Positions 18,591 to 28,012 are shown, numbered from the stretch's first letter. The stretch: DNA of 45,087 nt from Oscillospiraceae bacterium (GCA_015064125.1 SVSV01000003.1:1-45087), one strand, 5' to 3'. Program-made: numbers and translations. The notes: generated by a model from the sequence alone, not told the origin.

Positions 18591-19682
18591 TTAACCAAGC
18601 AAGAAAAGCTTTACAAGCGCGGCAGCTATACCTGCCGCCAGTCCCGTGATGATGCCTAAGAGTGAAAGTCGCTTGGGACACACGGGCAGGCGGCCGAAAA
18701 CCTTACCTGTGTAGCCGTTGAGGGCGTAGGTGTAGACCTTGCCGCGATGGTGATAGGTTAAAAGCCAGATCGGCATAAGTGTGTAGTCCCAATGCATGGC
18801 GCGCGTGAGCAGACGCGGGGCCGAGGGAGTCACTGTGGTGTAGGGGCCGATGGTGTTTTGCAGGAGCGTGGCGGCGTATTGCTGCATACGCGCACGTACG
18901 GCCTCACGCACGCTCTCCTTTTCAATATCGCGCTTTTTGGCAATGAAGCCCGACAAATAGGGCATGGAAAAGGGCTGCAACGAGCTGGGGGGATAGGGGA
19001 GGATCCCGTCTAACATTTCACGGTCCTCCTCGGTGATGGCAGGGGTCACGATATCCTCAAAATGGATCTCGCCTGCGCGGAGGATGTGAAATTTGGAGGT
19101 TTCCGTATAGCGATAATCGCCCGAATGCCAGGTGCGCACGCGCGTAGCGCGCGCCGACATAGAGGCGCCGGTGTCAGCATCGGTCACCCAGAAGGGGTAG
19201 TAGATGCCCTGCATTTTTTCGACCTGTGCCTCTGATATAAATGTGCGCGGTACAAACCATTTTTTGCCGGCAAAATCAAGAAAGCGCTTTTTTGCTTCCT
19301 CCTTGTCGATCTGAAAGGGGATGATCTTGTGCGGCTGCATTTGTCCTGTAAGGCGCCCTGTCAGCAAAACGGGATTGTGGCAATAGGGGCAGATGGTGGC
19401 CGCGGTGTTGTCGTCGGCCATGATCTCAGCGCCGCAGGCATTGCAGGCGTAGATATTGAGCTGCGCACAAAATTCCTCGTTGGGCACCTCGCTTTCCTCG
19501 GCTGCGCGCTCAGCGGCGGCCGAGGCGGCTTCCTCCGCTTCCCGTTGGCCGGCGGCTTGCGCCAATTCCTGCTCGGTGAATTCAGACAGGCAGTATTCAC
19601 AGCAAAGCTTGCCCTTTTCGGGATCAAAGGAGAGTCCTGCCGCACAGTTTGGGCAATGATATGTAAGGGCGGTTCCGTTCAT
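18591..19682 (-). CDS. Double zinc-ribbon membrane-anchored protein (YdjG-like)
   Basis: CPNC..CEYC and CNACG..CPYC; PHKIIPF, YYPFW and NGYTGKVFGRLP motifs; C-terminal TM helix. Confidence 0.82.
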   Translation of the reverse strand: MNGTALTYHCPNCAAGLSFDPEKGKLCCEYCLSEFTEQELAQAAGQREAEEAASAAAERAAEESEVPNEEFCAQLNIYACNACGAEIMADDNTAATICPYCHNPVLLTGRLTGQMQPHKIIPFQIDKEEAKKRFLDFAGKKWFVPRTFISEAQVEKMQGIYYPFWVTDADTGASMSARATRVRTWHSGDYRYTETSKFHILRAGEIHFEDIVTPAITEEDREMLDGILPYPPSSLQPFSMPYLSGFIAKKRDIEKESVREAVRARMQQYAATLLQNTIGPYTTVTPSAPRLLTRAMHWDYTLMPIWLLTYHHRGKVYTYALNGYTGKVFGRLPVCPKRLSLLGIITGLAAGIAAALVKLFLLG

Positions 19683-19685
19683 GGA

Positions 19686-20954
19686 TCAGTCCTTCTTTTT
19701 GCCGCAGTTCTGGCAGAACTTGCCGCTGTTTTCGGTGCCGCAATCAGGGCAGAACCATTTATCCTTTGCAGGGGCTCGCTCGCCGCACTCGCTGCAGAAT
19801 TTGCCCGTATTTGTCTTGCCGCACTTGGGGCAGACCCAGCCGCCCGCGCCGGGCTGCTTTTCGCCACATTCGCGGCAGAATTTGCCGTCGTTCACGGTGC
19901 TGCATTTCGGGCAGGTCCAGCCCTCCTTTTGGGCGGCTGTGCGTGCTGCCGCATCGCGCTCCATTGCGGCGCGGTTGGTTTCGGAAAAGGCGCCGAAGCC
20001 ACCGGCGGCCCCCATGCCCATGCCCATACCCATGAAGGCGGTGGTGCCGCCTGCGGGGTTACTGCCCGCATTTTCAAAGCCGCGTGCCATGGCGCCCTGC
20101 ACGTAGCCCTCACGTACCGCTGCGTCACTGAGCATGGCACCCTGGTTGCGCATATTGATAAGCTTCTTGGATTCCTCGTCGTAGGAAACGCTGGCAAGAC
20201 CGACCGAGAGCACCTCCATGCCGCGCAGTGCATGCCATTTGGCGTCAAGCTCGCGCGACATATAGTCCGAAAGCTCGCGCGATTTGGAGGCAACGTAGGA
20301 AATGCGGATGCCGTCAGCCGACATGGCGTTGATGGCGGCGGTCAGCGCCTCCAAAAATTCGTCTAAGTACTGCTCGTTGATATCGGCAATATCTACGTGT
20401 GTTGCGTTGCGTGCTACGGCCTCAGCGTAGAATTTCAGGGGGTCGGTGATCTTGATGGAATAGGTGCCGAAGGCGCGCAGGAAAAGCTCGGAATTGTAGA
20501 AGCTGTCAAAGTAGTTTACAGGCGTGCGCGTGCCGAATTTGATGCCCTTGATCTCCTGAAGATTGATAAAGTAGGCACGCTGTGCCGAGGAGGGCGTGCC
20601 GCCGAATTTGATGCGGCTGAAGCTCTCTAAGATCGCCTTGCCGAACTGTCCTGCAAACAACGACGGCATGGCGCTGTTGTCGACCTTGTAATAACCGGGC
20701 TCGGCGGTGAAATCCACCACCTTGCCGCCGTCAACGAGCAGCATGAACTGATTGTCGTATACGTGAATGACCGAGCCGTTTGAAATGGTGTCCTCTGTGC
20801 CGCGCTTGTTGGCGCTGCGCTTATCGCTTTTGCGAACCTTTACACCCTTTGTAAAAACAGTGGTGTCGCTCATTTCGCCGGCTTCGATAACCTCAAGCCA
20901 GCTGTCTGCAAGGCTTCCGCCAATGGCGGAGAGTGTAGCTTTGATAATGCCCAT
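19686..20954 (-). CDS. SPFH/band-7 domain protein with three C-terminal zinc ribbons (YdjI-like)
   Basis: ISNGSVIHV..NQFMLLVDGGKVVD..EPG and IKFGT..P..YFD..LRAFGTYSIKITDP; GMGMGMG linker; three W.CP.C....N.GKFC..CG repeats. Confidence 0.88.
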   Translation of the reverse strand: MGIIKATLSAIGGSLADSWLEVIEAGEMSDTTVFTKGVKVRKSDKRSANKRGTEDTISNGSVIHVYDNQFMLLVDGGKVVDFTAEPGYYKVDNSAMPSLFAGQFGKAILESFSRIKFGGTPSSAQRAYFINLQEIKGIKFGTRTPVNYFDSFYNSELFLRAFGTYSIKITDPLKFYAEAVARNATHVDIADINEQYLDEFLEALTAAINAMSADGIRISYVASKSRELSDYMSRELDAKWHALRGMEVLSVGLASVSYDEESKKLINMRNQGAMLSDAAVREGYVQGAMARGFENAGSNPAGGTTAFMGMGMGMGAAGGFGAFSETNRAAMERDAAARTAAQKEGWTCPKCSTVNDGKFCRECGEKQPGAGGWVCPKCGKTNTGKFCSECGERAPAKDKWFCPDCGTENSGKFCQNCGKKKD

Positions 20955-20990
20955 GATATGTTCTCCGATCTATGAATTTCAAAAAAGTTT

Positions 20991-21030
20991 AAAATAAAGC
21001 GGCGACCTTGCCAGAGCGCAAGGCCGCCGC
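20991..21030 (-). terminator. Terminator downstream of 6S RNA
   Basis: Minus strand GCGGCGGCCTTGC-GCTCTG-GCAAGGTCGCCGC-TTTATTTT. Confidence 0.7.
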
Positions 21031-21059
21031 CGCGGCCTCTCGCGCTATGCGCGAAAGAA

Positions 21060-21275
21060 AGACCCGCCAAGCCGTGTAGCCGATATCAAGGAACCCTGTT
21101 TTCACAAGGCGGTGCCCTGCCCACGGCATTACTGCTCCCAACGTCCGCTTCCCCCGCCGAGACAAGTCAATCGGCTATGAGGAACGGGAGGTCTGCAAAC
21201 CGCAGTGGGACGGTTTCGGGCTCCAATTCGTATGCGTCGGCTCCACCAATCGGCTATCACGCACAAGGCAGGCGT
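21060..21275 (-). ncRNA. ssrS: 6S RNA
   Basis: Minus strand folds as a long rod: 5' CCTGCC..CGTG.TAGCCGAT..GGAGCC pairs with 3' GGTTCC..ATCGGCTA.CACG..GGCGGG, with a central bubble followed by GGAGCCC/GGGCACC, as in Firmicutes 6S RNAs. Confidence 0.78.
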
Positions 21276-21289
21276 ATTATCGAAGCGGA

Positions 21290-21583
21290 TTATTTGTCGT
21301 AGTCGATCTCAGTGGCAAATTTGTCGTCAAAATAGTCTGCCACGTCGTCAAACTCATCGTCATCCTCGATGGTCACCAGGCATTCCTCGCCGTTTTCCAT
21401 GACGGCCTTCAGAATGGTGTATTCACACATGTCGTCATTTTTTTCGGCATCCTCTACGGCAACCATGGCGTAATATTTTACGCCGTTTTTCTCGCAGGTG
21501 TCGATGAGCTCGAACTCGTGCTCGACGCCCTCCTCATCCTGCAGAATGTAAATGTCGACCTCTTGCATATCCTTTTCGCTCAT
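21290..21583 (-). CDS. DUF1292 family small acidic protein
   Basis: LQDEEGVEHEFELID...LVTIEDDDEFDDVADYF pattern. Confidence 0.85.
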   Translation of the reverse strand: MSEKDMQEVDIYILQDEEGVEHEFELIDTCEKNGVKYYAMVAVEDAEKNDDMCEYTILKAVMENGEECLVTIEDDDEFDDVADYFDDKFATEIDYDK

Positions 21584-21636
21584 AAGTATTACCTCTCTTT
21601 ATATTTTTTATCCGAACGTCGGAAGGGTGATCGTGC

Positions 21637-22986
21637 TTAGTGTGTGCCGCGTGGGATCTCGGGGCCGTCGGTCAGTGAGCGCGGCAGGACGAACAAGTAG
21701 CCCGCCTCGTTAATATCCCCGTTTTTGCTGAAAATATGATAAGTGCTCTCGCCCGTTGTGGCATCCACGCGGACGGCCAGCATGTAGCCATCTGACATAA
21801 AATCGCTCACGTGCAGATAATCGGCATCAAGGCGCAGCACGGTCGTGCCCTTCTTGTCGATAAAGGCGTAGGAGCCGTCCTTTTTCGTGGCGGCGTAGCC
21901 GTTTTTGAAGGTGTGGGCCTCGGTGTATTGCGCGGCAATGACGACCTCGCCCTTTTTGTTGATATAGCCCCACAGATCGGCGTTTGCCGCACTCTGCACG
22001 GCAGCAAGACCGTTTTCGGCAAAGGATCCGGCCATGGTGTAGGTTGGGGCAATGACGACCACGCCGTTTTTATCGATAAAGCCGTATTTTCCGTCCTTTT
22101 TCACCAATGCCAGCCCCTCACTGAAGGATTCGGCGTATTCATAGGTGGGGGCCACGGTGTACATGCCGTCGCGGTTGATAAAGCCGTACTTGCCCTCCTT
22201 CATCACCAGCGCGAGATCGTTGTCGGCGAAGGATTCGATGGCTTCGAATTGGGGATTGATCACCCAATCGCCGTGCTTGTCGATCATGCCCCAGTGTGAA
22301 AGGGCCAGCACAGCGGCGTAGCCGTTATCGTCAAAGGGACGGGCGGCATCAAAGCGGGGCTCGATCACGTAAACGCCCTCGGTGTTGATGTAGCCGTACT
22401 TGCCGCCAATGGAAACCAGCGCAAGGCCGTTTCTGGCAAAGGGATAGGCGCTGTCAAACTGCGGATTGATGACCACGCTGCCGCGGCGGTTGATATATCC
22501 CCAGGAGCCGTTTTGCTTGATGCAGGCAAAGCCGCTTGAGGTAAAGGGCTCAGCCTCCTCAAACTGCACGGCGACTGTAAAATCGCCCTTTTTGTTGATA
22601 TAGCCCCACAAGCCGTTTTGCTTGACGGGGGCAAGACCGTTTGACGCAAATTCGCGCGCCATTTCAAATTTGGTGTCGATCACTGTTTTTCCGTTCTTGT
22701 CAGCATACCCCCATTTGACTACTGTTGTGCCGTTTTCGGTCACGGCGGTAGCTATGGGCACCAGCTTTTTGTTAAACAGCGGTATGCGCTCGGGCAGGAT
22801 AAAATCGCCCACCGAAAGCAGGATGATCAGAAGTGCCACCAGGGCAACGATCAAAATAACGGGAATGGCTGCTAACGGAAAGCGGTGATGCGTGCTCGCG
22901 TTGTCAGGCGGGCTTTGTTGGCTCGTGCAGGGGCAAGGACTGCCGTCCTCGGGCAGGGCACCGCCGCACTCTTTACAAAAGGCCAT
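21637..22986 (-). CDS. WG-repeat (KWG) protein with N-terminal zinc ribbon and TM anchor
   Basis: MAFCKECG...CPC, a hydrophobic helix, then repeated WGYINKKG..VI.PQF..A..F..NGLA.V units; AAGGAG RBS. Confidence 0.88.
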   Translation of the reverse strand: MAFCKECGGALPEDGSPCPCTSQQSPPDNASTHHRFPLAAIPVILIVALVALLIILLSVGDFILPERIPLFNKKLVPIATAVTENGTTVVKWGYADKNGKTVIDTKFEMAREFASNGLAPVKQNGLWGYINKKGDFTVAVQFEEAEPFTSSGFACIKQNGSWGYINRRGSVVINPQFDSAYPFARNGLALVSIGGKYGYINTEGVYVIEPRFDAARPFDDNGYAAVLALSHWGMIDKHGDWVINPQFEAIESFADNDLALVMKEGKYGFINRDGMYTVAPTYEYAESFSEGLALVKKDGKYGFIDKNGVVVIAPTYTMAGSFAENGLAAVQSAANADLWGYINKKGEVVIAAQYTEAHTFKNGYAATKKDGSYAFIDKKGTTVLRLDADYLHVSDFMSDGYMLAVRVDATTGESTYHIFSKNGDINEAGYLFVLPRSLTDGPEIPRGTH

Positions 22987-23055
22987 ATAGTCGGACTCCT
23001 TTTTTGATATTCTTGCGAGGGCGCACGTGCGCCCGAAATGACAGTATACATATAG

Positions 23056-23096
23056 AGTATAACATAAAAAACGCGCGTTGTCAATCGACAACGCGC
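23056..23096 (-). promoter_or_regulatory. sigmaA promoter of the WG-repeat gene overlapping the probable prfC terminator hairpin
   Basis: TTGACA (23079-23084)-17 nt-TATACT (23056-23061), embedded in GCGCGTTGTC-GATT-GACAACGCGC-GTTTTTT. Confidence 0.7.
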
Positions 23097-23240
23097 ATTA
23101 TCCAAATGGAAGAATTTTTCAAAGGTGAGCCGTGGCAAACGGCAGTGCAGATCCGCTGTCTTGGCCTGCTTCAGGCTAATTTTTGGAAAAACTGAAATAT
23201 TTAAAACTAAAAAATGGAAAATTATATCTGAATTTTGGAA

Positions 23241-24836
23241 TTATTGGCGATCGAAGTCCTCAAGCACGAGCGAGGGATTGTTGTCAAGCGCCCATTTGAT
23301 ACTCCACTGTCCTGTGAAAAGCAGATAATTTTTCCCGCGCACGTCCGTGACGCGCCTGGTGTCAGAGGCAAGATTCAGGCGTGCAAGGTCCCCCTCGTAG
23401 GCGGCGATGCGCTGGATATATTGGAACGGCAATTCGCGTTTGATATATTCCACGCCGTATTCCGATCTCATACGGAATTGCAGCACGTCGTATTGCAGGG
23501 TGCCGATGACGCCGACGAATACGCGCTCGTAGCCGGCATCGGGCTCAAAGAAGATGCGAATGGCGCCCTCCTGTGCGATCTGGTTCATGCCCTTGGCGAA
23601 TTGCTTGCGCTTCATGGAGTCGATCTGCTCTACCATGGCAAAATGCTCGGGCGCAAAGGTGGGGATGCCCTCGAAGGCGATTTTGCGGTCCTTGGTGCAA
23701 ACGGTATCGCCGATCGAAAATACACCCGGGTCAAACACGCCGATGATGTCACCTGCAAATGCCTCCTCGATTCCCTCGCGCTCCTCTGCCATCATTTGCT
23801 GGGGCTGTGCCAGCTTGATGGGCTTACCTGTCTGCATATGATAGTATTCCTTGCCGCGCTCAAATCTGCCCGAGCAGATGCGCAAAAAGGCAATGCGGTC
23901 GCGGTGGGCCTTGTTCATATTGGCCTGAATTTTGAAAACAAATGCAGAGAAGCGGTCGTCAAACGGATCGACGGTGTCGGTCCCGGTGGTACGGGGCAGG
24001 GGCGTCGGGGTCAGCTGCAGGAAGTAACGCAGAAAATCCTCTACGCCGAAATTGTTGAGGGCCGAGCCGAAAAACACGGGCGAGAGCTTTCCCTTGGCAA
24101 TGGCCTCCAGATCAAAATCAAACGAGGCGCCATCAAGCAGCTCGACCTGCTCCACCAATTCGGTGCGCAGATTTTCGCCAATCAGCTTATCAAGCTTTTC
24201 GGTGTCGGAAATGTCGCAGGCGATGGCGTCGAGGCGGCTTCTGCCGCGGTGCGCATCGTCAAAGGCGTGAATGGCACGCTCACGACGGTCGTATACGCCC
24301 TTGAAGGTTACGCCGCAGCTGATCGGCCAGTTCATCGGGTAGGTGCCGATGCCAAACTCGCGCTCAAGCTCGTCAAGCAGGTCAAAGGGGTCGCGCGCCT
24401 CGTGGTCAAGCTTGTTGATAAAGGTGAAGATCGGAATGCCGCGCTTGGCGCAAACGTGAAAGAGCTTGCGTGTCTGGGGCTCGATGCCCTTGGCGGCATC
24501 AATGACCATAACGGCGCTATCCGCGGCCATCAGCGTGCGGTAGGTGTCCTCGGAGAAATCCTGGTGCCCGGGGGTGTCGAGAATGTTGATGCAATAGCCG
24601 TCGTATTCAAACTGCAGCACCGAGGAGGTAACAGAAATGCCGCGCTGCTTTTCAAGCTCCATCCAGTCGGAAACGGCGTGGCGGTCGCTTTGCTTGCCCT
24701 TCACGGACCCGGCCGATTGAATGGCACCGCCGTAGAGCAAAAGCTTTTCGGTCAGAGTGGTCTTGCCTGCGTCGGGGTGTGAGATGATCGCAAAGGTGCG
24801 TCGGCGCTGTATTTCTTTTCTTGTTCTTTCGTCCAT
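23241..24836 (-). CDS. prfC: Peptide chain release factor 3
   Basis: RRTFAIISHPDAGKTTLTEK, DTPGHQDFSEDTYR and FKIQANMNKAHRDR; promoter TTGCAT-17-TAAAAT at 24872-24900. Confidence 0.98.
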   Translation of the reverse strand: MDERTRKEIQRRRTFAIISHPDAGKTTLTEKLLLYGGAIQSAGSVKGKQSDRHAVSDWMELEKQRGISVTSSVLQFEYDGYCINILDTPGHQDFSEDTYRTLMAADSAVMVIDAAKGIEPQTRKLFHVCAKRGIPIFTFINKLDHEARDPFDLLDELEREFGIGTYPMNWPISCGVTFKGVYDRRERAIHAFDDAHRGRSRLDAIACDISDTEKLDKLIGENLRTELVEQVELLDGASFDFDLEAIAKGKLSPVFFGSALNNFGVEDFLRYFLQLTPTPLPRTTGTDTVDPFDDRFSAFVFKIQANMNKAHRDRIAFLRICSGRFERGKEYYHMQTGKPIKLAQPQQMMAEEREGIEEAFAGDIIGVFDPGVFSIGDTVCTKDRKIAFEGIPTFAPEHFAMVEQIDSMKRKQFAKGMNQIAQEGAIRIFFEPDAGYERVFVGVIGTLQYDVLQFRMRSEYGVEYIKRELPFQYIQRIAAYEGDLARLNLASDTRRVTDVRGKNYLLFTGQWSIKWALDNNPSLVLEDFDRQ

Positions 24837-25171
24837 AGCAGATATCCTTTATTTTTTAACAATCGCTTTATATTTTACCGCATTTTTTGTAAGAATGCAA
24901 GAGGAAAGCAAAAAATATATACGCACACAAAGGAGGCAGGCCCCTTGCTTATGGGATAGGGGTCAGGGGAGAAAAGGCGGCTTGTTTTCTACATTTATAT
25001 TGTATAGGTGCCCGGCAAAGCACGTCAGCCTTCAAGGGGGGACGAAAAAAATGATGCCGTCAAGGCTGTTTTTTAACCCCCTGTGGGCGCTTTTTTCACC
25101 TATTGAAAAAAGATGACAAAGGCACCAAAAACGAGGGGTTATTTTTGTGTATTATTTTCTTTAAAAAGTGC

Positions 25172-25200
25172 TTGCCTTTTTCGCTCGTTCATGGTATACT
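25172..25200 (+). promoter_or_regulatory. sigmaA promoter of nrdDG
   Basis: TTGCCT-17 nt-TATACT with TG extension. Confidence 0.7.
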
Positions 25201-25212
25201 ATTTTCTGCCTG

Positions 25213-25260
25213 ACACAAGATATAGTGTTGTGATTTCAAAACGGTGTCTAAATATAGTGG
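25213..25260 (+). promoter_or_regulatory. Tandem NrdR boxes
   Basis: ACACAAGATATAGTGT (25213-25228) and TGTCTAAATATAGTGG (25245-25260), 32 bp apart, match the acaCwAtATaTwGtgt consensus upstream of a ribonucleotide reductase. Confidence 0.85.
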
Positions 25261-25291
25261 GCGACGTGAACGCCCGAAGGGAGAGGGAAAG

Positions 25292-27475
25292 ATGAAGATC
25301 ATTAAGAGAAACGGCTCTGAGGTTACCTTTGACCGCACGAAGATCGTGCGTGCGATTGAGAAGGCAAACGAGAGCGGCGAGGGCAAGCCCGAGCTGACCG
25401 CGCGCCAAATTGACTATATTTCCTTTGTCATTGAGGACTACTGCACGGACGTGGGACGTGCACTTTCCGTGGAGGAGATCCAGGAGCTGGTGGAAACGCT
25501 GATCATCCAGCAAAACGCCCCCGAAACGGCAAAGCGCTATATTCGTTATCGCTTCACGCGCAACCTTGCACGTCGCGCAAACACCACCGATGAGAATATA
25601 CTTTCCTTGATCGAATGCAACAACGAGGAAGTGAAGCAGGAAAACTCCAACAAGAACCCTACCGTCAATAGCGTGCAGCGCGACTATATGGCAGGCGAGG
25701 TGTCCAAGGACCTTACGCGCCGCGTTTTGCTGCCTGAGGATATCGTGGCTGCACACGAGGAGGGCATCATCCACTTCCACGACAGTGATTACTTTGCACA
25801 GCACATGCACAACTGCGACCTGGTCAATCTTGAGGATATGCTGCAAAACGGCACGGTGATCAGCGGTACGCTGATCGAAAAGCCCCACAGCTTTTCCACC
25901 GCCTGCAACATCGCCACGCAAATCATTGCACAGGTGGCCTCAAATCAGTACGGTGGCCAGAGCATTTCCCTGACGCACCTTGCGCCCTTCGTGCAGGTAT
26001 CACGCGAGAAGATCGCCCGTCAGGTCAAGAGCGAGCTTGAGGCGTTGGGTGTGACCCCCGGTGCTGAAAAGACCGCTGAGATCGTGGAGAAGCGTCTGCG
26101 CGATGAGATCCGACGCGGTGTGCAGACCATTCAGTATCAGGTGGTCACCTTACTCACCACCAACGGCCAGGCACCCTTTATCACGGTGTTCATGTATCTT
26201 GGCGAGGCCAAGGATGCGCAGACCAAGAGGGACCTTGCCATGATCATCGAGGAAATGCTTGAGCAGCGCATCATGGGTGTGAAAAACGAGGCAGGCGTTT
26301 ACGTGACGCCGGCATTCCCTAAGCTTATTTACGTGCTTGAGGAGGATAACATCAGTGAGGATGCTCCTTACTGGTACCTCACCAAGCTTGCCGCAAAATG
26401 CACCGCTAAGCGCATGGTGCCCGATTATATCTCCGAAAAGGTGATGAAGAAGCTGAAGATCGATGACAACGGTGACGGCAACTGCTACACCTGCATGGGC
26501 TGCCGCTCATTCCTCACGCCCTGGGTCGATGAAAACGGCAAGGCGAAATACTATGGCCGCTTCAATCAGGGTGTGGTGACCATCAATCTGGTTGACGCCG
26601 CCTGCACCGCTATGCTTGAGGGCAGAGACACAGAAAAATTCTGGCAGATCCTTGACGAGCGCCTTGAGCTGTGCCATCGCGCCCTGCAATGCCGTCATGA
26701 GCGTCTTGAGGGCACGCTGTCTGATGCCGCCCCCATTTTGTGGCAGTACGGTGCACTGGCACGCCTTGAAAAGGGTGAGCCCATCACCAAGCTTTTGCAC
26801 GGTGGCTATTCCACCATTTCTCTTGGCTATGCGGGCCTTTGGGAGTGCGTATATGCCATGACGGGTAAGAAATTGACTGATCCCGAGGGTGAAAGGTTCG
26901 GCCTTGAGGTCATGCAGTATCTCAACGATGCCTGCAAGAAATGGAAAGAGGCGGAGAATATTCACTATTCACTGTACGGCACGCCCCTTGAATCCACCAC
27001 CTATAAGTTTGCTAAGTGCTTGCAAAAGCGCTTTGGTAAGATCCCGGGCGTTACTGACAAGAGCTATATCACCAATTCCTATCACGTGCACGTGACGCAG
27101 GAGATCGATGCCTTTGATAAGCTTGCCTTTGAGTCTAAGTTCCAGGAGCTTTCTCCCGGCGGTGCGATCAGCTACGTTGAGGTGCCTAATATGCAGGACA
27201 ACCTTGATGCAGTGCTTGAGGTGATGAAGTTTATTTACAATAACATTATGTACGCTGAGCTGAATACCAAGAGTGACTATTGTCAGGTCTGCGGCTATGA
27301 CGGTGAAATTCAAATTGTTGAGGATGACGGTAAGCTGATTTGGGAATGCCCGCATTGCCACAACCGCGATCAGAACAAGATGAACGTGGCGCGCCGTACG
27401 TGCGGCTATATCGGCACGCAGTATTGGAACCAGGGCAGGACCAAGGAAATTCAAGAGCGCGTGCTGCACCTTTGA
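25292..27475 (+). CDS. nrdD: Anaerobic (class III) ribonucleoside-triphosphate reductase
   Basis: ATP-cone MKIIKRNG, CMGCRSFL, Zn site CQVC/CPHC and glycyl-radical loop RRTCGYIG. Confidence 0.98.
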   Translation: MKIIKRNGSEVTFDRTKIVRAIEKANESGEGKPELTARQIDYISFVIEDYCTDVGRALSVEEIQELVETLIIQQNAPETAKRYIRYRFTRNLARRANTTDENILSLIECNNEEVKQENSNKNPTVNSVQRDYMAGEVSKDLTRRVLLPEDIVAAHEEGIIHFHDSDYFAQHMHNCDLVNLEDMLQNGTVISGTLIEKPHSFSTACNIATQIIAQVASNQYGGQSISLTHLAPFVQVSREKIARQVKSELEALGVTPGAEKTAEIVEKRLRDEIRRGVQTIQYQVVTLLTTNGQAPFITVFMYLGEAKDAQTKRDLAMIIEEMLEQRIMGVKNEAGVYVTPAFPKLIYVLEEDNISEDAPYWYLTKLAAKCTAKRMVPDYISEKVMKKLKIDDNGDGNCYTCMGCRSFLTPWVDENGKAKYYGRFNQGVVTINLVDAACTAMLEGRDTEKFWQILDERLELCHRALQCRHERLEGTLSDAAPILWQYGALARLEKGEPITKLLHGGYSTISLGYAGLWECVYAMTGKKLTDPEGERFGLEVMQYLNDACKKWKEAENIHYSLYGTPLESTTYKFAKCLQKRFGKIPGVTDKSYITNSYHVHVTQEIDAFDKLAFESKFQELSPGGAISYVEVPNMQDNLDAVLEVMKFIYNNIMYAELNTKSDYCQVCGYDGEIQIVEDDGKLIWECPHCHNRDQNKMNVARRTCGYIGTQYWNQGRTKEIQERVLHL

Positions 27476-27478
27476 TAG

Positions 27479-28012
27479 ATGAATTACGGTGCAATTAAAG
27501 GGCGTGACATTGCCAACGGCCCGGGCGTGCGTGTGTCGCTTTTTGTGTCGGGCTGTACGCATCACTGCCCGGGGTGCTTCAATCCCGACACGTGGGATTT
27601 TGACTACGGCGTGCCATTTACCCCAGAAACGGTACAGGAAATCCTTGATTTGATGTCCCCTGATTTTATTACAGGCTTCACTTTGCTCGGCGGTGAGCCG
27701 ATGGAGGTGCAAAACCAAGTGGCGATCTTGCCGCTTTTGCGCAGGATCAAAGCACAGTATCCCACTAAATCGATCTGGATGTATTCGGGCTACGTGCTGG
27801 AGGAGCTGCTTTCCGACAGCTCAGCGCGATGCGACGTGACCGATGAGATCCTATCGCTGATCGACGTGCTGGTTGACGGGGAGTTTGTATTGGCGCAAAA
27901 GGATATCCGATTGCGCTTCCGCGGCTCTGCCAATCAGCGTCTCATTGATATGCGCAAAACGCGCGCCGCAGGCAACGTCGTTTTATGGGACGACGGTAGC
28001 GGCAGAAGATAA
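27479..28012 (+). CDS. nrdG: Anaerobic RNR activating radical-SAM protein
   Basis: NGPGVRVSLFVSGCTHHCPGCFNP, LLGGEP and FRGSANQR. Confidence 0.97.
   Translation: MNYGAIKGRDIANGPGVRVSLFVSGCTHHCPGCFNPDTWDFDYGVPFTPETVQEILDLMSPDFITGFTLLGGEPMEVQNQVAILPLLRRIKAQYPTKSIWMYSGYVLEELLSDSSARCDVTDEILSLIDVLVDGEFVLAQKDIRLRFRGSANQRLIDMRKTRAAGNVVLWDDGSGRR

Noticed and set aside
17811-20954. Prophage remnant (these families are sometimes labelled virion core or phage replication proteins)
   Set aside because: No integrase, structural genes or att sites; the domain set matches the chromosomal YdjGHI-type module.
23235-24782. 515-aa plus-strand ORF
   Set aside because: Antisense shadow of prfC.
24901-25170. 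Possible element in the prfC-nrdD intergenic region
   Set aside because: No convincing repeat, ORF with RBS or RNA motif beyond the promoters and NrdR boxes.
25292-27475. Intein or intron in nrdD
   Set aside because: Continuous ORF of normal length with no splicing or homing-endonuclease motifs.
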